Part shown: piece by piece, positions 19,841 through 30,186 of the stretch
How the letters are laid out: the number at the start of each line of letters is the position of its first letter
Numbering within the stretch: position 1 is the stretch's first letter
Origin: Gemmatimonas sp.
GTDB taxonomy: Bacteria; Gemmatimonadota; Gemmatimonadetes; Gemmatimonadales; Gemmatimonadaceae
Assembly: GCA_965279375.1 (NCBI GenBank)
Contig: OZ257156.1
Location: 4,992,001-5,056,000, forward strand
Direction of reading: 5' to 3'
DNA length: 64,000 bases
Position numbers and translations under genes: made by a program
Notes under the pieces: generated by a model
What the model was told of the DNA's origin: nothing
Databases searched by the model: none
What the model saw: only the letters and a program-made list of their open reading frames with translations

Positions 19841-21118
19841 TTACGCTCCCGGTTTGACAGCAGGCGACGGATCGTTAGGCACGACGATCTCCTCGCCCGC
19901 GCGCAGGCCGCTGGTGATCTCCACCAAACCTCCCACCGCTTCACCCACACGCACCCACCGACGCTCATCGCGTGTTGAGCCGCGCACGATCACTCCGGTC
20001 AGATCACCCTCGTGCACCAGTGCTGATGCAGGCACCAGCAGACCCTTCCGCTGCGCCCCTGGAATCGCGACGGAGGCCGCGCTCCCCGAACGCAGATGAG
20101 CGGCGACATTTGGCTTGCTCGTGTTGGGAACGATGACGTTGACCACGAAGAGGTTTCCCGCCCCTCCGGCAACGATTCCTTCCACCCTTCCATCGACACG
20201 GGCACCATCGACCGTCACCGACAGCCGCTGACCGCGCGTCAGCGCGTTGGCGATATCTGCGGCGACAGTCACCCGGACTCGCAGTGACGACTCATCGTCG
20301 ATCGTGAGCAGCGGAGCTCCGGGCGCTGCGAACGCGCCGACATCCACCATCCGGCTCGAGACAACGCCAGAGAAGGGCGCACGGACCGTCGCATAGCTGC
20401 TCATTGCTTCCACTTCACTCGCGCCGGCGCGTGCCGCAGCCACTGCTGCCGTCGCTCGCGCCAGCCCCGTTGCGGCCGCGTCGTACTGCGCGCGCGTGGC
20501 TGCGCTGTCTGCATACAAGGCGCGAAATCTCGCGGCCTGCACCGATGCGTCCTGCTGCGTCGCCTCGGCGTCCGCGATGGATGCGGCCACTTGTGCGCGC
20601 TTGGCGCTGAGCTCGCGCGCATCGATCTGCAACAGCGCTTGTCCCGCGCGCACCGACTCGCCTTCGCGCACTGAGACGGCAGTTACCGTGCCCATGAGCT
20701 TTGTACTGAGCGTCGCGTGCTGCATCGGCTCAGCGACGCCAGAGACGATCGTTGCCGCCGTGTACGAAGTGTCCGCAACCCGGCGCACAGTGCCCGACAC
20801 TCGGGCAGCGGCACCGTCTGCCGCAGCACCGGCCGCTTCGCCTGCAGCGGCCGAGTCCTCCTTTCCGCACGCGGCCCCGGCGAGCACTGTTGGCGCGAGC
20901 AGCATGAATGCCAGGCGTCGTGTAGCAGCGCGCGTGATGCCGCGCCCGCTCGTGCGATCGGCTTTCGGATCGGTCGTCATCATGGAGTTCATCTCGGACG
21001 TCGCGTGGAAGCTCGCTTCGGAATGCATCGTGGAGTCCATCTTGGGTTGTCTTTCGGACTCGTTGGAGGCGTCCGCTGCGACCTTGGTGCCGTTGTTCGG
21101 CTCGGCGTTCCCTTTCAT
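19841..21118 (-). CDS. RND periplasmic adaptor (membrane fusion protein)
   Basis: Lipobox-like LAGAAC, VREGESVRAGQALL, VRAPFSGVV, SGLRAGEEIV; real start may be near 20983. Confidence 0.93.
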   Translation of the reverse strand: MKGNAEPNNGTKVAADASNESERQPKMDSTMHSEASFHATSEMNSMMTTDPKADRTSGRGITRAATRRLAFMLLAPTVLAGAACGKEDSAAAGEAAGAAADGAAARVSGTVRRVADTSYTAATIVSGVAEPMQHATLSTKLMGTVTAVSVREGESVRAGQALLQIDARELSAKRAQVAASIADAEATQQDASVQAARFRALYADSAATRAQYDAAATGLARATAAVAAARAGASEVEAMSSYATVRAPFSGVVSSRMVDVGAFAAPGAPLLTIDDESSLRVRVTVAADIANALTRGQRLSVTVDGARVDGRVEGIVAGGAGNLFVVNVIVPNTSKPNVAAHLRSGSAASVAIPGAQRKGLLVPASALVHEGDLTGVIVRGSTRDERRWVRVGEAVGGLVEITSGLRAGEEIVVPNDPSPAVKPGA

Positions 21119-22665
21119 TGCTCGCTTCCTGGTGGTGTTACGCTGGCGGCACGCGCACGCGCGTCTGCGTCGAGGTTCGCGAGCGCCGATGGATCCTCGC
21201 CCAGGGCGCGGCGATACGAGGCGAGCGCGTCGATGACGGCGAAGCGTGCAGCCGATCGCGAGAGCGATGCGCTCGTCGCCGCCGCCTCTGCGCCCAGCAG
21301 TTCGGCAACGGTGGCCAACCCACCGGAGTAGCGCTTCTGCACGAGCCGATGCGCCTCTCGGCTCTGCGCCTCCGATTCGGCGGCAAGCGTCAGTCGCTGC
21401 ACCGCGACATCCACGGCGCGTCGCGCCATGTTCGCCTCCAACGCGCCACGCGCCACGGAGGCTTGTACGCCTGCGCGAGCACCGTCGGCGCGTGCGCTGG
21501 CCCCCGACACGTCGGCAAGTTCACGATTGCCGCCAAAGAGCGACCAGGACGCCATCACGCCCACCGTCCAGTTTGGACGGCCGGCAAAGAGCGCGTTGGC
21601 AGAATTCCAGTCGTACCGCGCGAAGCTGTTCAGTCGAGGGAGGAGCGTGCTCCCCCCGCGAAGCAGATCCGCATCGGCGGCCTTGAGACCGGCACGCGCG
21701 GCGCGTACGTCTGCTCGCTCGGATGCACGATCGACGTCGCCGGTCAAGGCGCTGTTCGAATCGCCGCGACCCTCGTGAGCAATCGCACTCGCGTACGCCA
21801 ACACCAACGAATCAGCCGGCAGCTCGTTAGGCAGCTCGCTGGGCAGCGACGCGACGGATGGCGGTGATCGGCCGAGCAGCAGCGTCAGCTGCTCCCGTGC
21901 CGTGACAACGTCAGTGCGCGCGGCCAGCAGCTGACCGGACAGGTCGAGCGTGCGCACGTTGGCCTGCAACGCGTCCGCCTTCGTCACGAGCCCCTGCGTC
22001 ATCATGGCGCGCACTTGCCGCGTCGCCTCTGTCGCGGCGCGCTCCGCCGACTCGAGCGTGGTCACCTTCTCTGCGGCGAGTACCGCCCCGTAATAGGCGC
22101 GGATGACGTCCGCGCGAAGCGAGCGCGCGGTCCACTCCGCGGACGCACCGCTGGCTTCAGCCGCAGCGCGGGCCGCGCGCAGGCCAAGCCAGGCATCGCT
22201 GTTGAGCAGGGGCAGCTCGACGACCACCCCGCCCTGCACGTTGGTGATGGCGGCGGGCGCGTTCAAACGTGCCGGGTCAAAGGCCGCCGGCGTGACCGCG
22301 CGTTGGCGCAGCGTCGTCCCGAAGGCGCCGATCGGATCCGTGGTGCGAAGCACGCCGCTCTCCACACGCACCGCCGGAAGAATCGCCTGCAAGGGCAGTC
22401 GCGCCCGTGCGCGGTCAGCGCTGGTGGCAGACGCGGCGATGCGGTTGGCGAACCCATGTGCGTCTGCCTCGCGCAGTGCTTCAGCCAGCGAGAGCGTCGC
22501 CAAGCTCGTGGTTGTCGACGCTGCAGAGGACGACGCGGAGGTTGGCGCGGTCGATGCCGTCTGTGCGCCCGCGCGAGTGGCCATGGCCAACCCGGCGACC
22601 CAGACCGCACCCGCGCTGCCACGGCGAACCCGTCCAGCCCAGGTCTGATGTGTTGTTGTACGCAT
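21115..22665 (-). CDS. TolC family outer membrane efflux protein
   Basis: LSLAEAL, VIRAYY, GLVTKADALQA, RYSGGLATVAELLGAE; ATGA overlap with the MFP ORF. Confidence 0.92.
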   Translation of the reverse strand: MRTTTHQTWAGRVRRGSAGAVWVAGLAMATRAGAQTASTAPTSASSSAASTTTSLATLSLAEALREADAHGFANRIAASATSADRARARLPLQAILPAVRVESGVLRTTDPIGAFGTTLRQRAVTPAAFDPARLNAPAAITNVQGGVVVELPLLNSDAWLGLRAARAAAEASGASAEWTARSLRADVIRAYYGAVLAAEKVTTLESAERAATEATRQVRAMMTQGLVTKADALQANVRTLDLSGQLLAARTDVVTAREQLTLLLGRSPPSVASLPSELPNELPADSLVLAYASAIAHEGRGDSNSALTGDVDRASERADVRAARAGLKAADADLLRGGSTLLPRLNSFARYDWNSANALFAGRPNWTVGVMASWSLFGGNRELADVSGASARADGARAGVQASVARGALEANMARRAVDVAVQRLTLAAESEAQSREAHRLVQKRYSGGLATVAELLGAEAAATSASLSRSAARFAVIDALASYRRALGEDPSALANLDADARARAASVTPPGSEQ

Positions 22666-22703
22666 ATGCACATATATCTATGTGCGAATATATTGAAAGT
22701 CAA
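22663..22703 (-). promoter_or_regulatory. sigma70-like promoter overlapped by a palindromic operator (TolC-RND operon)
   Basis: Minus strand TTGACT-N17-TAGATA just before the ATG (possibly leaderless); perfect inverted repeat GCACATA-tatc-TATGTGC at 22668-22685. Confidence 0.7.
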
Positions 22704-22960
22704 CCGCCACACCGCCGGACATCAGGGTGCGGCATCTGCGCGGCCTGATCGGCCGGTCGCGATCTGCGTGTCGCCGTCCGCCCGTCGCGGTCCGGCGGTC
22801 GCTGTGCGCCTACGAGGGACCGCACGATTCGATCCACCTCAATCACCGACGGCGGACTCGCCTGCTCCGGAGGCCATGGCCCCGGGGGGAACGGACGCCC
22901 GATCCAGCCTTGGCAGGACCGGCAACCGCACGCCAGCTTTGAGGGGTCCTCTCACCCACC

Positions 22961-25207
22961 ATGCCGATGATGCACCGCCTCTCCGCGCTGCCGCGCGTGT
23001 GCTCCTTCGCGATCCCGGTCGCGCAGCTCGCCGCCTCGCTGCTTGCCGCGCCTCCGCTCGTCGCCCAGCAGCGCACGCTGACCGCCAGCGACTACGGCCG
23101 CGCTGAGCAGTTCCTCGCCGCGAGTGCCAACCCGCTCGTTTCCCGCACCGCGACGCCGCCGACGTGGCTGGATGGCGACCGCTTCTGGTATCGCGTTCGG
23201 TTGGCCGATGGTACCTCACCGATGGTGCTTGTCGACCCGGCAAAGGCGCTGCGTACCGAGTGCAGCACCAATGCCGCGGCCTGTTCGGCCCTGGTCCCCG
23301 CCAACGCGGGCGCGACGGCCGCACCGCGTCGCCGCGGCGGTCGCACACCCGAATCGCCGTCACCGGACGGCAAAAAGGCCGCGTTCATCCGCGACTGGAA
23401 CCTCTGGGTGCGCGACGTCGCCACGAACACCGAGTCGCAGCTCACCACCGACGGCATCAAGGATTTTGGCTACGCGACGGACAACGCCGGTTGGGTGCAC
23501 TCCGATCGCGCACTGCTGACCTGGTCGCCCGACTCGAAGAAGATCGCGACCTTCCAGCAGGACCAACGTGGCGTGGGCGAGATGTATCTCGTACGCACCA
23601 ACGCCGGCCATCCGCAGCTCAGCGCGTGGAAGTACCCGCTGCCCGGCGACAGCGTCGTCTCGATGATCCATCGCGTCATCATCGATCTCTCCGGCAGCGC
23701 ACCCAAGGTCGTTCGTCTGTCCATGGGACCCGATCAGCACCGCTCCACCGTGTGCGACCACATCTCCTGCAACGATGGGGAATTCGCCGACGTGGAGTGG
23801 TTCCCCGACGGGTCGCAGTTGGCGTTCGTGTCGTCGTCACGCGACCACAAGATCGCCACGCTGCGTGTCGCCGATGCTGCGACAGGCGTGGTGCGCGACG
23901 TGCTGCGCGAAGAAGTGAAGACGCAGTTCGAATCGGGCGACAACGTCCCCAACTGGCGCGTGCTCCCGGCCACCAACGAAGTGCTCTGGTTCTCCGAGCG
24001 CGACGACTGGGGCCAGCTCTATCTCTATGACCTCACTACCGGCGCGCTCAAGCGTCAGATCACGACGGGCGTCGGCAACCTCACGTCCATCGCGCGCCTC
24101 GACCTCAAGACGCGGCAGCTGTGGTTCGTGGGCGTCGGCAAGGAGCCGTCGCACGATCCGTACTTCAAGCATCTCTATCGCATTGGCCTCGACGGCAAGG
24201 GGCTCACGCTCCTCACTCCTGAAGACGGCGATCACAACGTCACGCTGTCGCCGTCAGGCAAGTATCTGGTGGACAGCTGGTCTCGCCCTGATCTCGCCCC
24301 CACGGTCATGCTGCGCGACGCTACCAGCGGCAAGCTGATTCTGACGCTCGAGAAGGCAGACGTCAGCAAGCTCGTCGCGACGGGCTGGAAGCCGCCGACG
24401 CGCATCACCGTGAAGGCGCGCGATGGCAAGACGGATCTCTACGGGCTGATGTTCACCCCGACCACGCTCGACTCCACCAAGAAGTACCCGATCATCAACT
24501 ACATCTACCCGGGTCCGCAGGTGGGCAGCGTCGGCAACCGCAGCTTTGGCGCCGCACGCAGCGATCATCAGGCGCTGGCCGAACTGGGTTTCGTCGTGGT
24601 CGCCATCGATGGCATGGGCACACCGTTGCGCTCCAAGTCATTCCATGACGCCTACTACGGCCGCATGGGCGACAACACGCTTCCCGATCAGGTCGCGGGG
24701 ATGAAGGAGTTGGCGCAGCGCTATCGCTTCATCGATATCGACAAGGTCGGCATCTGGGGCCACTCGGGCGGTGGCTTCGCGACGGCGGGGGCGATGTTCC
24801 GCTATCCGGACTTCTTCAAGGTCGGTATCAGCGAGTCGGGCAATCACGACAATCGCGTCTACGAAGACGACTGGGGCGAGCGCTATCACGCGCTGCTCAC
24901 ACGTGGCCCCAATGGCACGGACAACTACGACGCGGAAGCCAATCAGGCGCTGGCCAAGAACCTCAAGGGCAAGCTGTTGCTGGCGCATGGTACGATGGAC
25001 GACAACGTCCCGCCGGACAACACGCTCCTCGTCGTCGATGCGCTGATCAAGGCCGGCAAGGACTTCGACCTGCTCATGATCCCCAACGCGGCGCACGGCT
25101 ATGCCGCAGCCTCCGCCTACATGATGCGCCGTCGCTGGGATTACTTCGTCACGAACCTCCTCGGCGCGATTCCGCCCAAGGACTACATCATCGGACGCCG
25201 CCAGTAA
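22961..25207 (+). CDS. S9B dipeptidyl-peptidase IV family protein
   Basis: Signal peptide, DPP IV propeller, YPGPQ, GIWGHSGGG, HGTMDDNV, AAHG catalytic triad. Confidence 0.95.
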   Translation: MPMMHRLSALPRVCSFAIPVAQLAASLLAAPPLVAQQRTLTASDYGRAEQFLAASANPLVSRTATPPTWLDGDRFWYRVRLADGTSPMVLVDPAKALRTECSTNAAACSALVPANAGATAAPRRRGGRTPESPSPDGKKAAFIRDWNLWVRDVATNTESQLTTDGIKDFGYATDNAGWVHSDRALLTWSPDSKKIATFQQDQRGVGEMYLVRTNAGHPQLSAWKYPLPGDSVVSMIHRVIIDLSGSAPKVVRLSMGPDQHRSTVCDHISCNDGEFADVEWFPDGSQLAFVSSSRDHKIATLRVADAATGVVRDVLREEVKTQFESGDNVPNWRVLPATNEVLWFSERDDWGQLYLYDLTTGALKRQITTGVGNLTSIARLDLKTRQLWFVGVGKEPSHDPYFKHLYRIGLDGKGLTLLTPEDGDHNVTLSPSGKYLVDSWSRPDLAPTVMLRDATSGKLILTLEKADVSKLVATGWKPPTRITVKARDGKTDLYGLMFTPTTLDSTKKYPIINYIYPGPQVGSVGNRSFGAARSDHQALAELGFVVVAIDGMGTPLRSKSFHDAYYGRMGDNTLPDQVAGMKELAQRYRFIDIDKVGIWGHSGGGFATAGAMFRYPDFFKVGISESGNHDNRVYEDDWGERYHALLTRGPNGTDNYDAEANQALAKNLKGKLLLAHGTMDDNVPPDNTLLVVDALIKAGKDFDLLMIPNAAHGYAAASAYMMRRRWDYFVTNLLGAIPPKDYIIGRRQ

Positions 25208-25246
25208 GGCTCAGCAGGGCGGCGCCCGCAACCGTGTGTTAGGCGC

Positions 25247-26035
25247 TCATTCGAAGGAAAGCTGCACGCCGGTCGTCACGAACCGATCGGTCTTCTTGAA
25301 GCCGACTTCCGGCAGATTGTCGTAGCGCAAGACGTACCCCGCCTTCAAGGACAAGCGCTTGGAGAGCGGGGCGACGACTGAGGACTCCGTGTTCACACGC
25401 CAGTCCTCGCTCACGTCGAGATTGGGAATCGACTCGACCGTCTGCAGAAAGAACGCGCTCGGCGAGAACCCGTGCTTGTACCACAGCGCGCCGCGGGCGG
25501 CCGGATAGTTGTTCGTGAGTCCATCCGTGCCGCGCTGCTGGGTCATCGAGCCACCGGTTTCGATGCGCAGCGTGTCCGATTTCGCATTCAGCACGCGAAA
25601 GAGCAGGCCGAGGTACTCCTCGGTGCGCTGCGCGATACCGGCAAAGCGATTGCGGTCGTACATGACGCCCGTCGCCAGACTGATGGAAGGCCGCAGCGCG
25701 TACCACGCCCCCACCGACGCGCGCAACAGGTTGGTGTTCTCCTTGCCGGCGTTCTGTCCATACACCGTGTTGAATGCCTGCTCGAAGCGCCAGAACCCTG
25801 AGGTGTGCGTGACCTTCTCCGACGCACTGACCGTCGTGACTTCCGTGTTGCCGGTGGTATTCAGGAATCCGAGATCAGCGACGAACGCCGTCTTCGCCTT
25901 CGCGGGCTGCTGCGGCGCCGCGACCGGCACACGCGTGCGCTCGGTCGGCGACGGTTGCGCCGCCAGCGAAGCGTCTGGAACCATCATCATCACCAACGCC
26001 GACAGCGCCGCCGGCGCAAATACACCACATCGCAT
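25247..26035 (-). CDS. DUF481/YdiY-like outer membrane beta-barrel
   Basis: LGFLNTTGNT, YDRNRFAGI, amphipathic strands, ends GVQLSFE. Confidence 0.85.
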   Translation of the reverse strand: MRCGVFAPAALSALVMMMVPDASLAAQPSPTERTRVPVAAPQQPAKAKTAFVADLGFLNTTGNTEVTTVSASEKVTHTSGFWRFEQAFNTVYGQNAGKENTNLLRASVGAWYALRPSISLATGVMYDRNRFAGIAQRTEEYLGLLFRVLNAKSDTLRIETGGSMTQQRGTDGLTNNYPAARGALWYKHGFSPSAFFLQTVESIPNLDVSEDWRVNTESSVVAPLSKRLSLKAGYVLRYDNLPEVGFKKTDRFVTTGVQLSFE

Positions 26036-26248
26036 CGCAACTCCTTGCGTGATCGAGGGAAAGGGAAACCGCACGTACATCAGCTAACGAGCGCCCGTGT
26101 ATCGCGAACGATGAGGGATTCATGAGCACGAGATTACGAATCAGTTAATGGTGTCACCGGAGCGCCTCTTGGCGTAACCCACATGCAACCGGTCCCGTAC
26201 AGCCGGTGTCAAAAGGACGGCCGTCGCTTCCCTCCCCGCCCCTTCCAA

Positions 26249-27601
26249 ATGTCAATGTCCCGTTCCTCCCTCACGGTGCGCGCGCTCACACTCGCCCTCC
26301 TATGCGCACCGTTCGCATCACAGCGCAGCGACGCACAGCCGCCCAAGCCGCCCGACACTCCGGCCGCTTCGCCGGATACGTCGCAGGCCGGCGCGATCCG
26401 CGCCTACATGGACTGTCAGAGCAGCCGCTGCGACTACGACTTCATGCGCGACCAGATCCGTTGGGTCAACTGGGTGCGCGATCGACTCTTCGCCGATGTG
26501 CAACTGCTCGTGACCTCACTGCGCACCGGCTCTGGCGGCTCGGAATACACCATCACGGCGATCGGCGTCGACAAGTTCAAGGGGCGGGCCGACACGGCGG
26601 TCGTGTTCATCAACCCCAACGACGCTGACGACGTCGCCCGACGCAGCCTCGCCCGCACCTTTTCGCTGCTGCTGGCGCCATATGCCGCGAAAACCCCGCT
26701 CGCTTCACGGCTATCGCTCAGCTACGCCGCGCCAACAGGCGGCCCCGCGTCGCCCAAATCGGTCAAGGATCGGTGGAATTTCTGGATCTTCCGCGTCTCC
26801 GCCAATGGCTACGCCAGCGGAGAGAAGCAGGCACAGTTTCGCGAGTCCTTCGTGAACGCCTCCGCCAATCGCGTCACGGCCAACTGGAAGATCAACATCG
26901 GCACGAGCCTCGGTTACGACGAGAGCAAGTTCGACTTGGGCGATGAAGGCACATTCGTCAACCTGCAGCGCAACTACGGCGGCAGCATGCTCGCCGTGAA
27001 GAGTCTGGGCGAGCACTGGTCTGCCGGCGCGAGTGCCAATGCCTCCTACTCGGACTACTACAATCAGCAGCTCAATTCACGCTTCGCCGGAGCCGTGGAA
27101 TACAATCTCTTCCCCTACAAGGAATTCACGCGTCGCCAGCTGACGGCCTACTATCAGCTCGGCATGGCATCCTACCGCTATAAAAGCACCACGATCTTCG
27201 GACGCATCGCGGAAAACCGCCCGGTGCACAACGGCACCATCGCCTGGAATGCCCGACAGCCGTGGGGTACGGTCAACGTGAACGTCTTCGGCTCGCAATA
27301 CCTGCATGATCTCGGACGCTACAACTATGGCGCGGGCGGCTTCGTCGACCTGCGCATCACCAAGGGGCTCTCGATCAACCTTGGCGGCAACTACTCGCGC
27401 GTGGCGGATCAGCTCTACCTCAAGCGCGGGGAACTCGACGACACCCAGATCGTCGCGCGGCAGCAGGCGCTGGCCACCAACTATCGCTACTACGCCAACT
27501 TCGGCGTCAGCTACACGTTCGGCTCGATCTTCAATACGGTGGTCAACCCGCGCTTCAATGGCGCACGCGGCGGTGGCGGGCAGATGAGCTTCTCCTTCTA
27601 A
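26249..27601 (+). CDS. hypothetical outer membrane beta-barrel protein
   Basis: Signal peptide, N-terminal YMDC...CDYDF..VNWVRDR domain, alternating beta-strands, C-terminal Phe. Confidence 0.75.
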   Translation: MSMSRSSLTVRALTLALLCAPFASQRSDAQPPKPPDTPAASPDTSQAGAIRAYMDCQSSRCDYDFMRDQIRWVNWVRDRLFADVQLLVTSLRTGSGGSEYTITAIGVDKFKGRADTAVVFINPNDADDVARRSLARTFSLLLAPYAAKTPLASRLSLSYAAPTGGPASPKSVKDRWNFWIFRVSANGYASGEKQAQFRESFVNASANRVTANWKINIGTSLGYDESKFDLGDEGTFVNLQRNYGGSMLAVKSLGEHWSAGASANASYSDYYNQQLNSRFAGAVEYNLFPYKEFTRRQLTAYYQLGMASYRYKSTTIFGRIAENRPVHNGTIAWNARQPWGTVNVNVFGSQYLHDLGRYNYGAGGFVDLRITKGLSINLGGNYSRVADQLYLKRGELDDTQIVARQQALATNYRYYANFGVSYTFGSIFNTVVNPRFNGARGGGGQMSFSF

Positions 27602-27618
27602 CCTCACGCTGCAATGCC

Positions 27619-27655
27619 AAACGGGGACCCACCGTGGGTCCCCGTTTCTCTCTCT
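27619..27655 (+). terminator. intrinsic terminator, possibly bidirectional
   Basis: aaacggggaccca-ccg-tgggtccccgttt followed by a pyrimidine tract, between convergent genes. Confidence 0.8.
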
Positions 27656-27707
27656 GCCTTCCGCATGCGACGCAGCCGCACGAGACACGCGCGGTGCGCG
27701 ACCGCGA

Positions 27708-28523
27708 TCACGACATACGACGACGCCGTGCCGCCACGCCCGCAATGCCGACCATACCAGCGGCGACCAGCGCGACGGAGGCCGGCTCCGGCACGACGTT
27801 CGTGTTGGCAGAGAAGCGCCAGTTTTCGATGTAGGCGGTTTGCGTGCTGAGGCCTGTGCCCGAAACGAAGCCCACATAGACGTTGTTTGGCGTCAGTCCG
27901 CTCATGTCGAATGCCTGCGTCGCCTGATACGCGTCGGCCAGGTTCGACGTCAGCGAGATGTCGATGAGACCGAGGCCGTTGTAGGACAGGTTGACCGTGC
28001 CGGTGACCAGACGCGACGTACCCCAGTTGGCGTGGGCCGTGCTCGTGCCGAAGTTGCCGTTGGTCGCGACGAACAGGTCGTTGTTGTCCCAGCTCCGGAA
28101 TCCAACGGCCGCGCTGTTGGACAACCCGCTCAAACCGATTCCACCGCCACCACCGCCGCTCGCCAGCGGACCCACGCTCTGTAACACGAACGCAAATCCG
28201 TCCGCCTGCGGATCGAAGCCAGCGTACTGCAATCCGAAATCGAAGCGCGTCGTCCAGGGCGTAGACGAGGTGAGCGCCTGCGCGGCAGTCGTGAACGCCG
28301 TGCCGGTCGTGGCGTACTGGCCGTTGGTGAGCACCAATTGGCCACTACCGTTGAGGAACACCTGATTCGTCCCCGTGACCGCGCAGGTGTTCGCGTCATC
28401 GATGCACGCGGCATTGTTGCTCAAGGTCATGGGAAAACCGCCAAACGTCTGCGCAAACAACGCCGAGGGCGTCAACGCAGCGGCAGCGACGAGCAGAGGA
28501 GCCAGAAGACGGGACGTTCGCAT
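27708..28523 (-). CDS. PEP-CTERM protein with legume-lectin-like domain
   Basis: Signal peptide; QADGFAFVLQ, GGGGGGIG, VYVGFVSGTG lectin motifs; VPEP + TM + RRRR. Confidence 0.88.
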   Translation of the reverse strand: MRTSRLLAPLLVAAAALTPSALFAQTFGGFPMTLSNNAACIDDANTCAVTGTNQVFLNGSGQLVLTNGQYATTGTAFTTAAQALTSSTPWTTRFDFGLQYAGFDPQADGFAFVLQSVGPLASGGGGGGIGLSGLSNSAAVGFRSWDNNDLFVATNGNFGTSTAHANWGTSRLVTGTVNLSYNGLGLIDISLTSNLADAYQATQAFDMSGLTPNNVYVGFVSGTGLSTQTAYIENWRFSANTNVVPEPASVALVAAGMVGIAGVAARRRRMS

Positions 28524-28639
28524 GCATCTCTCCGAGGTGGGGTGGAAGGCGGGGCTGTCGCCCCCTCGGAGCAACGGGCGCAAAACGGGACCGAAATGGC
28601 TCACGGCCAGTCGAATCGCAGCGCGCCGCGCGTGCGACC

Positions 28640-30100
28640 TCAGGCGTACGTTCGGAGCTCCACCGGCCGAGGCGTGTCGATCGTCTCCACCCGTAGCTCT
28701 AACGCCGTCACACGGCGGGCAGCGACGTCCGCCGACAAGCGCCGCAGCTGCCGGTAGCCGATCGTCGTGCCCTGGGCCAGTTCGACGGGGGTCCCGCTCA
28801 CAGACACCAGTGCCCACGACGCCACACGCTGGCCCTCCGCAATCGCCTCTCGCAGATCGATCGTGGCAATCGCGGTAGGCGCGGCGAAGCGCAGCGCCAG
28901 TACACCACTCGTCGCACCGGTCACGCGCCAGCGCGTGGTGGCTGGCCGCAGCGCCTTCCCAAAGGTGCGATCGAGCAGTGCACGCATCCCGCGCAGTCGC
29001 GCGACATCCGTCTCATGAAACAGACCGTCGCGCGTAGGGGGCACGTTGAGCAACAGCTTGGAGTTGCGACCGACGCTCGTGAAGAACAGGCCCGCCAGGT
29101 CTTCGTCCGAACGCACGCGCGCATCTTCCGCCGCGTGATAGAACCACCCCGGCCGGATCGACACATCGGTTTCGCCCGGGCGCCACACGCTCCCATCGGC
29201 GTGCCCTTCCTGCAGTGACTTGATGACGTCGTCGCCGCTCGCGCCGATGTACGGCACCGACTCCGGGCGGATCGTGCTCCAATGCGTCTCGCCCGCGACA
29301 CCGCGCTCGTTCCCGATCCAGCGCACATCCGGCCCTGCATCGGAGAACATGATCGCGTTGGGCTGCAGCTTGCGTACGAGCGCCCAGGTGCGAGGCCAGT
29401 CGTAGACCTGCCGTTTGCCGTTCGGCCCCTCGGCATTGGCTCCGTCAAACCACACTTCGTTCAACGCACCGTACCTCGTCAGCAACTCCGTAAGCTGCGC
29501 GATGTACACGTCGTTGTAGCGCGCGGAGTCACCGTACGCCGGATGATTGCGATCCCACGGCGAGCAGTAGAGCCCGGGCTTGAGCCCTTCGGCGCGGCAT
29601 GCATCCACGAACTCACGAACCACGTCGCCCTTACCGTTCTTCCAAGGGCTCGAGGCAACCGAGTGCGTCGTGGTAGCGGTGGGCCACAAGCAGAATCCGT
29701 CGTGATGTTTCGCCGTGAGAATCATCGCCTTGGCGCCAGCGGCCTTGGCGGCGCGCGCCCACTGCCGCGCGTCGAGGCGCGCAGGGTTGAAGATGGACGG
29801 AGACTCGGAGCCATCGCCCCATTCACGATCGGTGAATGTGTTCACGCCAAAGTGCACGAAGATCGCCAACTCATCGCGCTGCCACGCGAGCTGCGCCGCA
29901 CTCGGCGTGGGGCGTGCGGCAGAGCCGTCGCTCCACGCGACACCCGGCCTCCCCATGTGGAGGAGTGCGCTCCCTGCGGCGAGCCGTTGCAGAAAGTTCC
30001 GCCGAGAGAGGCCGTCGGCAGGGACGTGCGCGGCGGGCGTACTGCTGTCAGGGGCCAGCGAGGTCGTGCGGGAAGACGCGCGAGTGGGCAGATTAGGCAT
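28640..30100 (-). CDS. alpha-L-fucosidase (GH29), Tat-exported
   Basis: SRRNFL; FVHFGVNTF, TAKHHDGFCLWP, YCSPWD, WFDGA, SIRPGWFY, SVGRN..LLLNVPP. Confidence 0.94.
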   Translation of the reverse strand: MPNLPTRASSRTTSLAPDSSTPAAHVPADGLSRRNFLQRLAAGSALLHMGRPGVAWSDGSAARPTPSAAQLAWQRDELAIFVHFGVNTFTDREWGDGSESPSIFNPARLDARQWARAAKAAGAKAMILTAKHHDGFCLWPTATTTHSVASSPWKNGKGDVVREFVDACRAEGLKPGLYCSPWDRNHPAYGDSARYNDVYIAQLTELLTRYGALNEVWFDGANAEGPNGKRQVYDWPRTWALVRKLQPNAIMFSDAGPDVRWIGNERGVAGETHWSTIRPESVPYIGASGDDVIKSLQEGHADGSVWRPGETDVSIRPGWFYHAAEDARVRSDEDLAGLFFTSVGRNSKLLLNVPPTRDGLFHETDVARLRGMRALLDRTFGKALRPATTRWRVTGATSGVLALRFAAPTAIATIDLREAIAEGQRVASWALVSVSGTPVELAQGTTIGYRQLRRLSADVAARRVTALELRVETIDTPRPVELRTYA

Positions 30101-30186
30101 GCCGCTACGCTAGCGCGCGCTGCGGGAAATGCCAGCGCCTGAGCGCACCACCGCGACGCCGTTCCATACGCCACCGAGCCCGACGC

